Source of the DNA: an uncultured Candidatus Saccharibacteria bacterium
Lineage (GTDB): Bacteria > Patescibacteriota > Minisyncoccia > Phycocordibacterales > UBA918
Reading direction: 5' to 3'
DNA: 40,708 nt
Assembly (NCBI GenBank): GCA_964353135.1
Contig: CAYGTV010000006.1
Location: forward strand, 1-40,708
A program made the translations under genes and the position numbers. The first letter of the stretch is position 1, and each line of letters opens with the position of its first letter. The notes below the pieces were generated by a model that did not search any database, was not told the origin of the DNA, and worked only from the letters and a program-made list of their open reading frames with translations. Shown piece by piece: positions 40,185-40,708 of this stretch.

Positions 40185-40708
40185 CTACTGCTGCTTGGCC
40201 AGCATTTCTGCCAGGAGCGTCATGAGCACAATAATCTGTTTCTGTAGTTCCTCAATTTGAACAAGGATCAAAGCATCATTTGTACTACTAACTGCTAGGC
40301 TGACTGGTTGTGTAAACTCACTCGCCACATACCCTTCTACACCGTTGTCAAAGCGCACTTTGTGCCAGAAATATCCATCTTTCGCAATTGCATCCGATGT
40401 TAGTTGTACTCCAGTACTTCCAAGCGCCACCTGCTTAACCAACGCTCCACCAGGCGTCAACCGTACATTTAGATTGCTGGTTGAACGCACTCGTGTTTCT
40501 TTTGCTACGGGTGCAGGATTTGTACCTGGTTTTTTATCTGATCCTACTGTACTAGGCGTATTAGAACTAGTTTCTTTGACAGTGTCTTCTACACCATTAT
40601 TGTCCGAGCCACCAGAAGAACTTGATCCACCGCCGCCTGCACTGCCTGAATTTTGACCTCCTGAGCTACCCCCGGTCGAACCTGTAGTACTTGGTGTTGG
40701 TGTTGGGG
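40185..40708 (-). CDS. bacterial SH3-domain protein, 5'-partial (runs off window)
   Basis: NLNVRLTPGG...DGYFWHKVRFDNGVEGYVASEF SH3_3 pattern; the frame stays open for 72 codons upstream of the tracked GTG 40490 to the window edge (PTPTPSTTGSTGGSSGGQNSGSAGGGGSS... linker). Confidence 0.7.
   Translation of the reverse strand, partial: PTPTPSTTGSTGGSSGGQNSGSAGGGGSSSSGGSDNNGVEDTVKETSSNTPSTVGSDKKPGTNPAPVAKETRVRSTSNLNVRLTPGGALVKQVALGSTGVQLTSDAIAKDGYFWHKVRFDNGVEGYVASEFTQPVSLAVSSTNDALILVQIEELQKQIIVLMTLLAEMLAKQQ

Noticed and set aside
1-40708. Alternative genetic code (UGA recoding), CRISPR arrays, tRNA/rRNA genes, integrases/transposases
   Set aside because: Conserved genes translate intact with the standard code, and TGA is used as a stop (e.g. 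at 18134 and 29397). I saw no repeat-spacer arrays, no tRNA-like T-arm or acceptor patterns in the intergenic regions, no rRNA-like stretches, and no recombinase motifs.

Overview
This 40.7-kb segment looks like a small-genome Patescibacteria/CPR-type chromosome, probably Saccharibacteria-like (inference). It reads cleanly with the standard genetic code. All protein family calls come from motif recognition by eye; no HMM, BLAST or folding program was run. Hairpin and promoter coordinates were counted by hand and may be off by 1-2 nt.

The core is a minus-strand ribosomal-protein cluster: rpsS-rplV-rpsC-rplP-rpmC-rpsQ-rplN-rplX-rplE, then rpsN-rpsH-rplF-rplR-rpsE-rplO-secY, then gmk-adk-map.
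- rpmD (L30) is absent.
- A ~4.4-kb four-gene insertion separates rplE from rpsN. It carries a 750-aa TPM-domain coiled-coil protein, two small membrane proteins and a NADAR protein.
- Synteny breaks upstream of rpsS.

Other housekeeping content:
- infC and rpmI-rplT, split by an antisense NTF2-like gene.
- ndk and a cmk-like kinase.
- A beta-CASP/MBL RNase.
- A convergent, overlapping histidine kinase / receiver pair.

Accessory content:
- An A+T-rich pair of an EcoRI-family adenine methyltransferase and a DUF262-HNH nuclease. Downstream lie a 2-TM protein, an Smr protein and an orphan HsdR C-terminal domain with its own near-consensus promoter.
- An operon of small membrane proteins and a lipoprotein, including an untracked 28-aa ORF and a 15-bp perfect hairpin.
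- Two paralogous polytopic membrane genes flanking a promoter plus a riboswitch-like leader.
- A ~150-nt structured sRNA candidate held between two terminators.
- Secreted wall-associated proteins: a PG-binding acidic-repeat protein and a partial SH3 protein.

I saw no rRNA, tRNA, CRISPR array, integrase or transposase.
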